A stretch of DNA of 64,000 nucleotides from an uncultured Candidatus Saccharibacteria bacterium. Its GTDB lineage: Bacteria; Patescibacteriota; Doudnabacteria; UBA920. Made by a program: the position numbers and the translations under genes. The DNA lies in the NCBI GenBank assembly GCA_964612745.1, contig CAZTCH010000002.1, positions 1,009-65,008 on the forward strand, in the 5' to 3' direction. The notes under the pieces are model-generated. The model worked only from the letters and a program-made list of their open reading frames with translations. It made no database searches and was not told the origin of the DNA. Positions 28,277 to 38,235 of this stretch are shown in pieces (positions within the stretch are counted from its first letter, which is position 1; every line of letters begins with the position of its first letter).

Positions 28277-29224
28277 TTATATTTTTCGTATCGCTCGAAG
28301 CTTGGCAGAGAGTGAGCGACTATTTCGCTCTTGTTCTCCTACTCCGGCAATAATTGGTTTTTTCGTTATACTTTGCGCAGCTGGAGTTTGACCACACTGG
28401 CAAATAGGGAAATCTTTCGGGCAAATACACCCAGTTGTTGCTGCTTTAAAAAATTGTTTAACTATCCTGTCTTCGAGTGAATGGAATGTTACGACTGCCA
28501 GCACCCCACCTGGTGCAAGAATATCGAGCGCTGCAGGTAAAAACGCTTCAAGGTTTTCTAGTTCAGCATTGACTGCAATGCGCAGCGCTTGAAATATGCG
28601 CCGGACAGAGTCTTGGGCTCGGAACCGAACCCGCGCTGGAACCCCTTTGGTAATCGCTTCTACCAACTGCGGCGTGCGGGTAATGGCTTCTCCTGCTCGC
28701 TGCTGTACAATTTGTTTGGCAATGAGTGGAGCGTATCGTTCTTCACTGTAGTGTTTAAACAGGTGCGCCAACTCAGCTTCGGTAGATTCAGCCAGCAAGA
28801 ATGCTGCAGTAGGTTTACCGGACGACTGGTCAAAGCGCATGTCCAACGGTTCGTCCCGCTGGAAGCTAATGCCTCTCCCTGACTGGTCGAGTTCGTAACT
28901 GGACAAGCCAATGTCTGCCACAATCCCCTGTACCGGACCAAAGTCGTGACTGTGCGCCACATGCCCAATTTGGGAAAAGTTGCTATGCACCAACACCAAC
29001 CGATCTTGCGCACTCCCCGAAAGAGTCTGCTTTGCATGAGCCAGTGCGTCATGGTCAAGGTCTAGTGCCAGCACTCGCCCACTTGGAGCTGTGCGAGCAA
29101 GCAATGCCTCGGTATAACCACCGCCACCGAGCGTAGCATCAACAAACTGTTGTGCAGGCTGTGGGTCGAGTAGTTCTAACACTTCTTCTAAAAGAACAGG
29201 AATGTGATGGTAATCTTGAGTCAT
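28277..29224 (-). CDS. rsmH: 16S rRNA (cytosine1402-N4)-methyltransferase
   Basis: HIPVLLEEVLE..FVDATLGGGGY..VLALDLD motifs. Confidence 0.85.
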   Translation of the reverse strand: MTQDYHHIPVLLEEVLELLDPQPAQQFVDATLGGGGYTEALLARTAPSGRVLALDLDHDALAHAKQTLSGSAQDRLVLVHSNFSQIGHVAHSHDFGPVQGIVADIGLSSYELDQSGRGISFQRDEPLDMRFDQSSGKPTAAFLLAESTEAELAHLFKHYSEERYAPLIAKQIVQQRAGEAITRTPQLVEAITKGVPARVRFRAQDSVRRIFQALRIAVNAELENLEAFLPAALDILAPGGVLAVVTFHSLEDRIVKQFFKAATTGCICPKDFPICQCGQTPAAQSITKKPIIAGVGEQERNSRSLSAKLRAIRKI

Positions 29225-29313
29225 AGTACATGTAATCAGAGAAGCATATAAGCAATAAGGGTCTGTCTTTTATTTCAGCGCTTGCATGTTTGTATGCTTG
29301 TTTGTTTACATGG

Positions 29314-29745
29314 CTACACCCCAAGGCTGCCAAGTGCTTCTGCGATAGCAGTGCTTTCTTTTTCTGTTTCTGCTTTGTATGCGGTCCACTTCTCTTCGCT
29401 CCAAAGTTCGATGCGGTTATACAAACCCGCAAACACAACTCGTTTTTGCATACCCCCAAACTCTTTTAAATAGCTCGGGATACCAATGCGACCTTGCTTG
29501 TCTATGTCGCATTCCATAGCACCCGCCAACATGAGCCTGGAAAAAGCTCTTGTATTTGCAGTAGAAATTGGGAGACTCGCTAACTTCTCTGCCATGATTT
29601 TCCATTCTTGGCTGGGGTACAAAAACAACGAATTGTCTAAACCGCGGGTAATAACCACTTTACCTTCTAAAGACGCACGAAACTTGGTAGGCACTGCTAC
29701 CCTACCTTTTTCATCTATGGAAGCTTCGTATTCGCCAATAAACAT
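29314..29745 (-). CDS. mraZ: Transcriptional regulator MraZ (ORF track extends upstream to 29874; likely start MFIGEY)
   Basis: Duplicated MraZ motif DEKGRVAVP / DKQGRIGIP. Confidence 0.7.
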   Translation of the reverse strand: MFIGEYEASIDEKGRVAVPTKFRASLEGKVVITRGLDNSLFLYPSQEWKIMAEKLASLPISTANTRAFSRLMLAGAMECDIDKQGRIGIPSYLKEFGGMQKRVVFAGLYNRIELWSEEKWTAYKAETEKESTAIAEALGSLGV

Positions 29746-30000
29746 GTACGGGTTATTCTTTGGTGCGCTTATTTCTACAGATTTCTCTGCAGAATAGAGG
29801 TGGTTTTTGAAAGCAAATGGTAGGTGTTGGTAAGTTATCCACTCTTTGAACCACTTATCCCCACTTTTATCCACTTTCTACCACTACAAATCCAGTATAC
29901 CCCACAAAAACCCTCAGGGTCAAAGGTTTCACACCAACAAAAAACCGCTCTCTTGAGCGGTAATTTAACAGTCAGAATAAAGTACTTCACATTATCCCCA

Positions 30001-30024
30001 CCCCTTGGTAAGTTATGGTATTTT
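30001..30024. repeat. 24-bp perfect direct repeat ccccttggtaagttatggtatttt (copy 1)
   Basis: Identical to 31520-31543. Confidence 0.75.
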
Positions 30025-30195
30025 GGTTTTCACCTGACTCACTCTCGGACTGGGATTCCTGTTTATTTGGTTCTGTTACGACAGCTTATCCACCAATAGT
30101 TTTATGAAGTAGACCAAAAAAACTTCACATTATCCCCATCTGGTTGTGCAACCATAATACTGGTATAATATTATCAATTACGATACCCTACAAAT

Positions 30196-30456
30196 ATGGC
30201 CATCTCACAATTCGACAACAAGCAAGAGCTTACCCAATCCGACGTTGAAGGGTTTCTTTTGGTCTTAAATAATGGCGACAAGGCCGCTTTGGACAAGATT
30301 ATTGAACGCTGGGATTTTAAGGATGCAACAAGCTTCCTTAGATTTGTCATGGCTGTGATGCTTAAGGCAGAAAACAACAAACTATTTTTCGAGGTCCAAG
30401 GGATTCAAACCGGTGCCACTCCTAGCGATGACCTTTTAACACCTAAAAACATCTAA
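30196..30456 (+). CDS. Hypothetical protein
   Basis: 86-aa ORF. Confidence 0.35.
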   Translation: MAISQFDNKQELTQSDVEGFLLVLNNGDKAALDKIIERWDFKDATSFLRFVMAVMLKAENNKLFFEVQGIQTGATPSDDLLTPKNI

Positions 30457-30462
30457 CGCTCT

Positions 30463-30813
30463 ATGGCCACCCCCCCTAAAACTACCTACGAACCTGAAGC
30501 ACAATTTGATACCGACAAACAACTGAAGCTAGACAACGTTCACGATGTGATTCAGCATCCTGATAAGTTTGCGCAAGTATTCGTTAGCGCAGCAAATACT
30601 CAAGTCAAAATCAAGCAACTAATTAGGAAAGAAATAAAAGAAAGCCTAACTTTAGACCCCGATTTAATTAAGCATGTCAAAGGTTTAATTAAAGATCAGT
30701 TTAAGGAAGATTGGCGAGCGTTCCTGAAATCTACTGGTGGCAAAATTGCTTTTGGTATATGGACTATTGGACTATTGATATTAGGAGCATGGCTGGGACA
30801 TGTTTGGAAATAA
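30463..30813 (+). CDS. Hypothetical protein with C-terminal TM helix
   Basis: 116-aa ORF, terminator at 30816-30840. Confidence 0.4.
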   Translation: MATPPKTTYEPEAQFDTDKQLKLDNVHDVIQHPDKFAQVFVSAANTQVKIKQLIRKEIKESLTLDPDLIKHVKGLIKDQFKEDWRAFLKSTGGKIAFGIWTIGLLILGAWLGHVWK

Positions 30814-30840
30814 AAAACTGCCGACTGGCGGTTTTTGTTT

Positions 30841-31330
30841 TATCCACAGGTACGCAGCAAAAAACTAATGTTATAATGTATATAGTAGTTGATTGGGTTC
30901 GTGGTTGTTCCCAAAGCAATGCTCATTTACAAATCATCAATCCATTTCTTTCCCGGCGTAGGTTCTTAAAAACAACCAACGCCACGTTAAGTGGCAATCA
31001 AACATTTTACATATTGTTCAATGTGCATTGCTACCTACGTCGGGTAAGGTATGGATTTTTTCATACCCCACGGTCTGGCCAGGTATCTCATGAGAACCGG
31101 ATTGACATTAAAGCTAGAAATAGCAGAACCTCTTTCCCATGGCCGTAGTCTACCGTGCAAGCAAACGCTTGCCCAACGGTAAGGTTATCTATGCTAAGAA
31201 TTATGGTAAGAAAGCTTTTCCAATGCGGTTTAACCGTAAGAAAAAGCCTACCCCTAAATCTTAGTAGGTAGACCTTATCTTGTTTCAAGCAAAACATCCC
31301 TATCAATTGTACGGGGTGTTTTGTTTTTTT
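30841..31330 (+). ncRNA. Candidate structured non-coding RNA of unknown class; ORF-free unit bounded by two intrinsic terminators
   Basis: No credible ORF (the overlapping ORFs are W/C-rich). Upstream terminator at 30816-30840. Strong downstream terminator aaaacatccc..ggggtgttttgttttttt at 31291-31330. Internal long-range complementarity (ccggcgtaggttct / gagaaccgg). Confidence 0.3.
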
Positions 31331-31519
31331 CACCATTTCTGGCAAGGGCTTATAATTACATAGTTACACTCCCTTGTCAAAAACCCTACTATAACAACTT
31401 TAAATTAAATTTTTATGATTTGTTTCGGTGTGGCAGTACCTACATGTAGGTTACCACACTATGCCGCTACCCACTAGCATACTTATCCACAAATTACTTG
31501 CTATAAAAGGATAAGCGGG

Positions 31520-31543
31520 CCCCTTGGTAAGTTATGGTATTTT
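31520..31543. repeat. 24-bp perfect direct repeat ccccttggtaagttatggtatttt (copy 2)
   Basis: Identical to 30001-30024. Confidence 0.75.
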
Positions 31544-32030
31544 ACTTTTTTGGTTTGGGGATTTTAAGACTATTTCGCAAGGAAAATGCTGCAATTCCGA
31601 ATGCCACAGAGACGTTGAGTGACTCTTTTTTGCCAAACTGCGGAATTTCTACAAACACGTCACATTGCTTTTGCAGAGCTTTGGGAATCCCAGAGACTTC
31701 TTCCCCCAACACAAGCAAAACAGGCCCTGTAGGCTTGTACAGTTGCAAAGGTGTAGCCTGTAGCCCTTTGGGCAAATTGTTTTCCAGTCCCACCACAACT
31801 AAATGTGGAACATCTCGGCGCAGCTTGCGAATAAGTAGCGTTGCGGACTTGCCGTATCGCCACGACACCAATGTATCTGCACCCAAAGCCACTTTGGAAA
31901 GCTTTTCGTCTGGCGGGTGCCCTGTGTACCCACTCAAGAGCAACTCGGTCACCCCAAACACCTCACTGGTCCTGAAAATAGAACCAACGTTGTGCAGCGA
32001 ACGTATGTTGTGCGCGAGGACGTAGAGCAT
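31542..32030 (-). CDS. SpoU/TrmH-family RNA 2'-O-methyltransferase (TrmL-like)
   Basis: SPOUT motifs LVLGEEVSGIP and ESLNVSVAFGIA. Confidence 0.6.
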   Translation of the reverse strand: MLYVLAHNIRSLHNVGSIFRTSEVFGVTELLLSGYTGHPPDEKLSKVALGADTLVSWRYGKSATLLIRKLRRDVPHLVVVGLENNLPKGLQATPLQLYKPTGPVLLVLGEEVSGIPKALQKQCDVFVEIPQFGKKESLNVSVAFGIAAFSLRNSLKIPKPKK

Positions 32031-32039
32031 AGGACATTA

Positions 32040-32200
32040 AAGCATACAAACATACAAACATCTAAACACAGGGAGAATTTTTAATTTTTAATTTTTAATT
32101 TTTTTAGAACTAAACTCTAAACTAATCAGTGTGTATCTGGAAAATTGAAAATTGTAAAATTAAAAATTGTCCGCCTGTTTACATGTTTACATGTTTAAAT
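32040..32200. repeat. Degenerate micro-tandem word repeats (catacaaa x2, tttttaat x3, aaaattg x3, gtttacat/gtttaaat x4) upstream of trmH-like gene
   Basis: Direct reading. Confidence 0.6.
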
Positions 32201-32202
32201 GT

Positions 32203-32736
32203 TTAAATGCCTTCCCGCTTCTTCATGTCTTTCCGCACCCAGAAGAGTATTGCGACAAGCGCGAGCCAGTTCAGGCCAAACACCCACGGGTTCGCCCACG
32301 AAAGTCCCCTACCAGCAAACGTAAAGTCGGACAAAGGAAATAAAAATGGAGTACTAAAGAAGTCAGGGTGCGTTGGGATATCCATGAGCACATGCACTCC
32401 CCATGCAACAAGTGGCCACCAGACTACAGACATCTTTTTGTATGCCCGTACTGCGCACACCACCGCAAATACTAGCAAAAACAACACAAAGCTGTGGGTG
32501 TAGTTATAGCTCTGTATGGCCCACGCAAACACCCAATGCTGGGGTACAGGGAAAAACAAACTCGCAGAAAAGCTTGTTTGGGTCAGTAAAAAATAGAGTT
32601 GTACTGGTAAAAACGGAATCACATCTGGCAGCATGCCCACGACCAAACCCCACAAAGCCTTTTTGGGCTTGCCTTCTTTTTGTGCTTTTGGGTAACTAAG
32701 GGCAAAGCCCCAGAGGCCATGAGAAAATACGTCCAT
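32203..32736 (-). CDS. DUF457 membrane-bound metal-dependent hydrolase (YdjM-like)
   Basis: MDVFSHGLWG start with His-containing TM helices. Confidence 0.45.
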   Translation of the reverse strand: MDVFSHGLWGFALSYPKAQKEGKPKKALWGLVVGMLPDVIPFLPVQLYFLLTQTSFSASLFFPVPQHWVFAWAIQSYNYTHSFVLFLLVFAVVCAVRAYKKMSVVWWPLVAWGVHVLMDIPTHPDFFSTPFLFPLSDFTFAGRGLSWANPWVFGLNWLALVAILFWVRKDMKKREGI

Positions 32737-32747
32737 GAAAATATGAA

Positions 32748-32830
32748 GTCGTAACGTCTTAACGTCTTAACGTCTTAACGTCTTAACGCTCAAAGCCTAC
32801 TGTATAGACTTTGAATAACTACTAAGAACT
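32748..32830. repeat. Tandem cgtcttaa x4 (inverse of the TTAAGACG core of the GAAGAC/TTAAGAC motif family) plus actaag word repeats
   Basis: Direct reading. Confidence 0.6.
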
Positions 32831-32835
32831 AAGTA

Positions 32836-33222
32836 CTAAGCACTAGCCTGCTGATTTCTTGCGAGGACTTGGCGTACTTTTTCTATGATATTGTCGATAG
32901 ACTGGTCACTTTTGAGCAAATAGTCAGTTCCCCCAGCTTCCATAATCTTAGAAAAAGTTTCCATGTCTGCCATGTTAGTTAGTACCACTGCAGGAATTTG
33001 GGAAGTCTCTGCGTCTGCTTTTATTTCCCACAACACGCCAATGCCATCGAGCTTTGGCATCATAATGTCCAGCAGTGCTACGTCTGGCTTGATTTCTTTT
33101 ATCTTGGCAATGGCTTCTTCGCCGTCGTATGCTGGGTGCACTTCGAAACCAGCTTCGGTAAAACCAGAAACTAAAGACCCGGACAAGAGTTTATCGTCTT
33201 CTGCAATAACAATTTTTGTCAT
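32836..33222 (-). CDS. Response regulator receiver domain protein (CheY-like)
   Basis: IVIAEDD...LLDIMMPKLDG phospho-acceptor region. Confidence 0.75.
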   Translation of the reverse strand: MTKIVIAEDDKLLSGSLVSGFTEAGFEVHPAYDGEEAIAKIKEIKPDVALLDIMMPKLDGIGVLWEIKADAETSQIPAVVLTNMADMETFSKIMEAGGTDYLLKSDQSIDNIIEKVRQVLARNQQASA

Positions 33223-33333
33223 ATGTCACATTCACAGATACACAGATACCGCAGATAACACAGATGTACGAAACGCTCATGGGCGCAACATCCGGACAAT
33301 CTACTAAATCGATATACCTGTGATTAGATTAAT

Positions 33334-34995
33334 TTATAAAGGTAAGCTGAAGGAGAAGGTTGTACCCATGTTCTCCCCTGGGCTTTCGGCCCAAATCTGC
33401 CCGCCGTGTGCTTCAATAATACCCTTGGTCACCACCAACCCAAGACCAGTCCCCTTGCGAGCATTGTCCACATTTTTAAGCTGGCGGAACTTGGAGAACA
33501 GCATGGACAAGTCTTCTTTCGGCACACCAACTCCAGAGTCTTTTACCGAAACAATGCCAATCTTCTTCTGTTGGTCTTGTGTAAAGGTAACCATGACCTC
33601 CCCACCATCGGTGTATTTGATGGCGTTTGAAAGCAGGTTTTCCAGCGCTTGGCTTATGCGTATTTTATCACACTTTAAGACAAATTTCTCTGGCAAAGTC
33701 ACCTTAATCTCCAAGTGTTTACTTTCTGCCAAAGCACGAAATGTCTGTACTTGCTCTTGAATAATGGCAACTATGTCGTATTCCTGAATATTCAGGTCAA
33801 ACTTCCCTGCTTCGATTTTCGCCACATCGAGCAAGTCGTTGACCAATTCCAACATATTACGGCTTGCAGCGCCAATGGTAACTGCAGTTTCTTTCACCTT
33901 TTGTTCGTCTGCCTTCCCTGCGCCAACTGCTTTTTCGAGAGATTCACTCGACCAACGCACCGCAGTCAGTGGCGCGCGTAGTTCGTGCACCATCATAGCA
34001 GTAAAGTCTTGACGCACTTTTTCCAAATCTTTTTCGGTGGTAATGTCGTGGAAAACCACAGCGGCACCAAGCTGATCCCCTTGTTGGCTTCGCACTGGAG
34101 TAATAGTCATTTGCAACACGTGATTCCGCAGTTGCACTTCTGGTACCACAATTGGCTCGTGCATCCCCACCGCTTGCTCAATCTTTGTTCGCAAATCCAC
34201 ATGCCCTGCCAACGCGTCCACCACGTCATACATGGTTGCTTGTTGGTCGCCCGTTATTTCCAACAGTTTCCGTACTGCAGGGTTAGACACCAAAATCTGG
34301 TTGCGCATGTCTACCATGAGCACACCATCGGTCATGGAGTTAATAACAGACACCAACTTCCCTTTTTCACTTTCCAGCATGGCTTGCAGTTTGCTTACTG
34401 CAGTGGCTGCTTGGTTGGTAATAGAGTACAAAATAGACGCTTGCGCATCACCATACTGCCCTTTTTCATGCGAGGCAACGGTAATAAGCCCAACTAACTT
34501 GTCGCCAATAACGACTGGTAAGTTAAAGTACGACTGCAGGCTCACCCGCATGTTGTCGTCCAAGATGTTACCAGTCACACTCTCGTCTAGCGCCTCTTGC
34601 TTATACTCTTTATTTAAAATAGTAGATACCGCCAACAGCATCTTGGCTTTTACTTCATCCAAAAATGAATGCGGGACGGTGTTGTTCACATGACACTTAA
34701 AAATAAGTTGGTCACTGTCTTCCTGTACCACCATGTACGACACCGTGTCGTACTCGAGTAGGTTGCCTAAACTACTGGTAATAATTTCTACGGTCTTGCC
34801 TGTGTCCAAGGTGTACCCAATACGTTCGCCAATCTCTTTTAACACCTGAATTTGGTACAGCCGCTGCTGCAGTTCGTGTGCTTGCCCTACCTGCCCTTGC
34901 AATCGCGCTCTGTCTTTTAGGGAATATCGAACAAAGACCGCAATCATTACGGCCAACAAAATAAAATCAATTATAAGAACAAAGTACAGCAGCAT
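33334..34995 (-). CDS. Sensor histidine kinase (TM, GAF, PAS, HisKA, HATPase_c)
   Basis: H-box HELRAPL; N, G1 (DSGVGV) and G2 (GTGLGL) boxes. Confidence 0.8.
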   Translation of the reverse strand: MLLYFVLIIDFILLAVMIAVFVRYSLKDRARLQGQVGQAHELQQRLYQIQVLKEIGERIGYTLDTGKTVEIITSSLGNLLEYDTVSYMVVQEDSDQLIFKCHVNNTVPHSFLDEVKAKMLLAVSTILNKEYKQEALDESVTGNILDDNMRVSLQSYFNLPVVIGDKLVGLITVASHEKGQYGDAQASILYSITNQAATAVSKLQAMLESEKGKLVSVINSMTDGVLMVDMRNQILVSNPAVRKLLEITGDQQATMYDVVDALAGHVDLRTKIEQAVGMHEPIVVPEVQLRNHVLQMTITPVRSQQGDQLGAAVVFHDITTEKDLEKVRQDFTAMMVHELRAPLTAVRWSSESLEKAVGAGKADEQKVKETAVTIGAASRNMLELVNDLLDVAKIEAGKFDLNIQEYDIVAIIQEQVQTFRALAESKHLEIKVTLPEKFVLKCDKIRISQALENLLSNAIKYTDGGEVMVTFTQDQQKKIGIVSVKDSGVGVPKEDLSMLFSKFRQLKNVDNARKGTGLGLVVTKGIIEAHGGQIWAESPGENMGTTFSFSLPL

Positions 34996-35052
34996 GAACT
35001 ATGCGAAAACCAACATTAGTTGCGCACCACCAGCATGAACAAAAACACAAGC

Positions 35053-35322
35053 CTAGATACTATCGAGGCCTGGGTATTTTTCGAGCAATGTATTCAAGGT
35101 CATTTGAGCGATCTGCCCAGACAAGGTCATATATTCGTTCGCCACACCTTTCAAGACGAGTCGCGGGTCACCGGAAATAGCGGTCACCTCACCAGCATCG
35201 TCAATGGTAAGCCCTGGCACTTTGCGCGCTTTGTCCAACGCAATGTTTGGGCCAAGCATGACCATTTGCTTTTTAATCAAATCGGACAACATTTTCTTGT
35301 AATTGGAAATATCTTCAGTCAT
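35053..35322 (-). CDS. Hypothetical small protein
   Basis: 89-aa ORF. Confidence 0.3.
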   Translation of the reverse strand: MTEDISNYKKMLSDLIKKQMVMLGPNIALDKARKVPGLTIDDAGEVTAISGDPRLVLKGVANEYMTLSGQIAQMTLNTLLEKYPGLDSI

Positions 35323-35362
35323 ACACTATTGGTTAGTATTACTTGAATTATACCACACAGCG

Positions 35363-36736
35363 CTAGCCACCCCGCTTGAAATCTGCGACACGAAACTCTT
35401 TCATACGTCCAAAGCCCACAGAGTCACGAATAATGTTTCGCGCGAAAAATGCTGGTGCTGGCAAAATAACATCGTCCGCCCTGTTGTAGTTGGGCACACC
35501 CGCAAGTGCGGATCGCATTTGCATGGACTTCGGTGCTATTCCTCCATACTTTGCGTTAATCTTATCGAGCGCTGTCCCGAGCGAACGCTTTTTGTCTACC
35601 GCAGCAAACAAACTGAGCTGGGTCGCAGCAGAAACTGGCACAAGCCCAAAAGCAGTCACCCCAATCCGGTAGATTTGATTTGGCCACTGCCCTGCAGTTT
35701 CCCGAAAGATTGCCGCGCGTGCTGCTCGAAAGATTTCGTTACCTGCATCGACAGGTGCGTCAAACGTTGCTTTCCCACCAGCAAATTGGTAGTCCTTGTC
35801 GGTAATCCACGCGCCAACAGCAGAAGCACCCTGTCCCAGCCCACGCAACCGCCGTGCTACCATTTCGGACAACCGAGACAGTACCCGCTCTGCCACCAAA
35901 GGCTGCTTACGAAATTCCTGTGCCACAGTGTACATATGCCCCACCGAACGCAGTGGTGTTGGCGTGGCGAAACCTTCCTGCCACGAGCCACGTAACTGAC
36001 CCATGGACCACATATGCTGCCCCATAACCGGACCAAACCACTGCCGCAAGTGCGATACTGGACACCGGCGCAAATCTTGCAAAGTACGAATGCCGTACAA
36101 ACCAAGCCTGCGCGCTTGCCTGTTACCAATTCCGGGAATATCGGTTAGGGTAATGTTTTGATACAACCATTCACGGTCTTGTGGTCGTACCACCACTAAG
36201 CCATCTGGCTTTTTCATATCAGACGCTATTTTGGCCACCAACTTGTCTTCGGCTATCCCTACCGAGCACCGCAAGTAGTCTCCCACTTCACGCGTTATCC
36301 GCTGTTTAATCTCTTTCGCTAACGCTTCCGCTTCTGCAAACGGGTCAGCTAACTGCCACTCCATTACGCCTTCCGCAGTCAACACTTTCGTTTTCACGTT
36401 ACAGACTTTGGTAATGTCTAAAAAAGCTTCGTCTATGCTGTACCTATCTACTGCATCGGTGTACTCTTCGAGGAGGCTAATAAACTTCGCGGTATACGTG
36501 CGGTAACGGTCTGGGTTGGTTTTAGTTAATACAATCTGCGGACACAACTTATTTGCTTCCCACACAGGCGTGCCCGTTTTCACGCCCCACCGCTTCGCTT
36601 CTACTGAAGGAGCGATGATGATTCCGCCCAAATGTTCGCACACACCCAAAGGCTTCCCGCGCCACGCCGGATTGTCTTGCTGCTCGCACGACGCAAAGTA
36701 GCTGTTCATGTCGATGTGAAGGACAATAGGTTGCAT
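35363..36736 (-). CDS. dinB: DNA polymerase IV (Y-family); ORF track extends upstream to 36811, the start taken is MQPIVLHIDMNSYFAS
   Basis: N-terminal HIDMNSYFASCE catalytic motif and Y-family body. Confidence 0.75.
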   Translation of the reverse strand: MQPIVLHIDMNSYFASCEQQDNPAWRGKPLGVCEHLGGIIIAPSVEAKRWGVKTGTPVWEANKLCPQIVLTKTNPDRYRTYTAKFISLLEEYTDAVDRYSIDEAFLDITKVCNVKTKVLTAEGVMEWQLADPFAEAEALAKEIKQRITREVGDYLRCSVGIAEDKLVAKIASDMKKPDGLVVVRPQDREWLYQNITLTDIPGIGNRQARRLGLYGIRTLQDLRRCPVSHLRQWFGPVMGQHMWSMGQLRGSWQEGFATPTPLRSVGHMYTVAQEFRKQPLVAERVLSRLSEMVARRLRGLGQGASAVGAWITDKDYQFAGGKATFDAPVDAGNEIFRAARAAIFRETAGQWPNQIYRIGVTAFGLVPVSAATQLSLFAAVDKKRSLGTALDKINAKYGGIAPKSMQMRSALAGVPNYNRADDVILPAPAFFARNIIRDSVGFGRMKEFRVADFKRGG

Positions 36737-36744
36737 AGAAAAAT

Positions 36745-37015
36745 AAATTCCAAATCTCAAGCACCAAATAACAAATAAATTCCAAAATCCAAAGTAAAAA
36801 TCAAAACTCAAAAGTCAAAACGCAAAACTGCAACTCAAAAATGTAACAACTTTTCTTCTACAGGAGCCCTTGATGGGCATCTTCTCACATAATTCTGTTG
36901 AAATATCTGCAGCGTACACAACGCTCGTGGTGCGTTACAAAGTTTTTGTGAGAAGATGCCCATCAAGACATGCTTTGCACTTTCTATTTCGGATTTGAAA
37001 ATTAGAAATTAAAAA
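36745..37015. mobile_element. MITE-like repeat copy B with 21-bp perfect inverted repeat cttgatgggcatcttctcaca (36869-36889 / 36948-36968) and AC-rich word arms
   Basis: Whole element is the reverse complement of the copy at 47915-48165, including the loop. Confidence 0.6.
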
Positions 37016-37111
37016 TTACCAAGAGCTCTGCTCTTGATAATGGTATACTATCGTCCACCTTTTGGCAAACAAAAAAACACGGGTGACCGTGTTTTGTGTA
37101 AGTACCTATTT

Positions 37112-37486
37112 TTACGCAGCAAGTTCTTTCCGGCGAGCGATGTGGCGCTTGTGGTGGAAAAAGATTATGACCGAAGCAAGCACAACGTACCCAACTGCCA
37201 TGTTCGGGTCCACCAAGACTTTGTACCCTACCAATAACCCTGTTATGAGCACATCACCCAAAAGCTCAAGCACAAGCCAGAGCACCAACACTATGAGTGC
37301 TTCAAGCACCGTAATAGCACCCAACTGGCGCACTGCAAACACAGCTGCTACCCCCACCACCACCCAGTACACTGCGTGAATCAAAAACGAAGTCTCCCAC
37401 GCAGCAAAAGAGTAAAACACCGATTTTGTAACAACCAAAAATGCTGCTAAACCCAACCCATACCCAAACAGTTTTACATAGGTCAT
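37112..37486 (-). CDS. Hypothetical membrane protein
   Basis: 4 TM helices. Confidence 0.35.
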   Translation of the reverse strand: MTYVKLFGYGLGLAAFLVVTKSVFYSFAAWETSFLIHAVYWVVVGVAAVFAVRQLGAITVLEALIVLVLWLVLELLGDVLITGLLVGYKVLVDPNMAVGYVVLASVIIFFHHKRHIARRKELAA

Positions 37487-37513
37487 ATCAGTAGTATTCT
37501 AGAAGCAGAAATC

Positions 37514-38056
37514 TTAGGCAGCTTTCTTTGCCAATGCACGTCGTGTCGGACGGACTGTCTTTGGGCTTGCCACATGTGCGCGTCGACGAATGGTCTTCGT
37601 ACTCGCTGCAGGTAAACTGCTGGACTGCATGTACTCAGTTTCCACTTCCCCACCACCTTGTCGCATTGCCACCACTTCGTCTGTGGTTACACCATGAGAT
37701 GTTTTTGTTCGGCGGAGAATAAAACTCGCCATGCTTTGTGTGGTTCTGTCTTCGTAAATTGCAGCGTACCAGATAAGTCCCAACCAAACACCGTACCATG
37801 CACCAAAAGAAACAGCGACAGCAGTGGTAATAACCCCCAAGGCTTGTGCATACAAACTAGAAATATCTGCACCAAGCAAAAATGCAGCAATAAAGGCAGC
37901 GCGTTGTACCATCAAAAACAACAGCACCCCTAAGACCATAGCAAGAAAAATGTAGAAAGATTTTCTTGTATTTTCGTTCATGACTTTTGTTTCACTATTA
38001 AAGTTGTAATTTGATTTTATTATACCACATTTTAAAAAACTTAACTCAAAATGCAA
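37514..38056 (-). CDS. Hypothetical membrane protein
   Basis: TM helices; start uncertain. Confidence 0.35.
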   Translation of the reverse strand: MHFELSFLKCGIIKSNYNFNSETKVMNENTRKSFYIFLAMVLGVLLFLMVQRAAFIAAFLLGADISSLYAQALGVITTAVAVSFGAWYGVWLGLIWYAAIYEDRTTQSMASFILRRTKTSHGVTTDEVVAMRQGGGEVETEYMQSSSLPAASTKTIRRRAHVASPKTVRPTRRALAKKAA

Positions 38057-38156
38057 AAGTCAAAAGTAAAAACTGCAACTAAAAACTGTAAACTGAGATA
38101 CTTTCTGTAGTTCACAATTTTTGAGTTGCAGTTTTGCGTTTTCAGTTTTGACTTTT
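38054..38156. mobile_element. MITE-like copy C: ~40-bp terminal inverted repeats (caaaagtcaaaagtaaaaactgcaactaaaaactg / tttttgagttgcagttttgcgttttcagttttgactttt) around a short core, lacking the central hairpin module
   Basis: Arms are mutual reverse complements and match the arms of copies B and D. Confidence 0.55.
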
Positions 38157-38159
38157 TAG

Positions 38160-38235
38160 TTTCCTTTTTTGACCTAAGCCTTATCCGTAGATATCCGTAG
38201 GTATCCGTAGATTCGTAGGTATCCGTATATCAGCG
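38160..38235. repeat. Micro-tandem repeat atccgtag(g/a)t x5 (degenerate)
   Basis: Direct reading. Confidence 0.6.

Larger units (their letters stand above)
29835..31515. promoter_or_regulatory. Cluster of 8-9 DnaA-box-like motifs (TTATCCACA consensus; perfect copies at 30840-30848 and 31484-31492)
   Basis: Boxes at 29835, 29855, 29867, 29992, 30087, 30130, 30840, 31484 and reverse at 31507. Confidence 0.45.

Noticed and set aside
29835-31515. Firm call of oriC
   Set aside because: Gene orientation does not switch across this point (both sides are predominantly minus-strand) and dnaA is not in the window. Kept only as a hypothesis.
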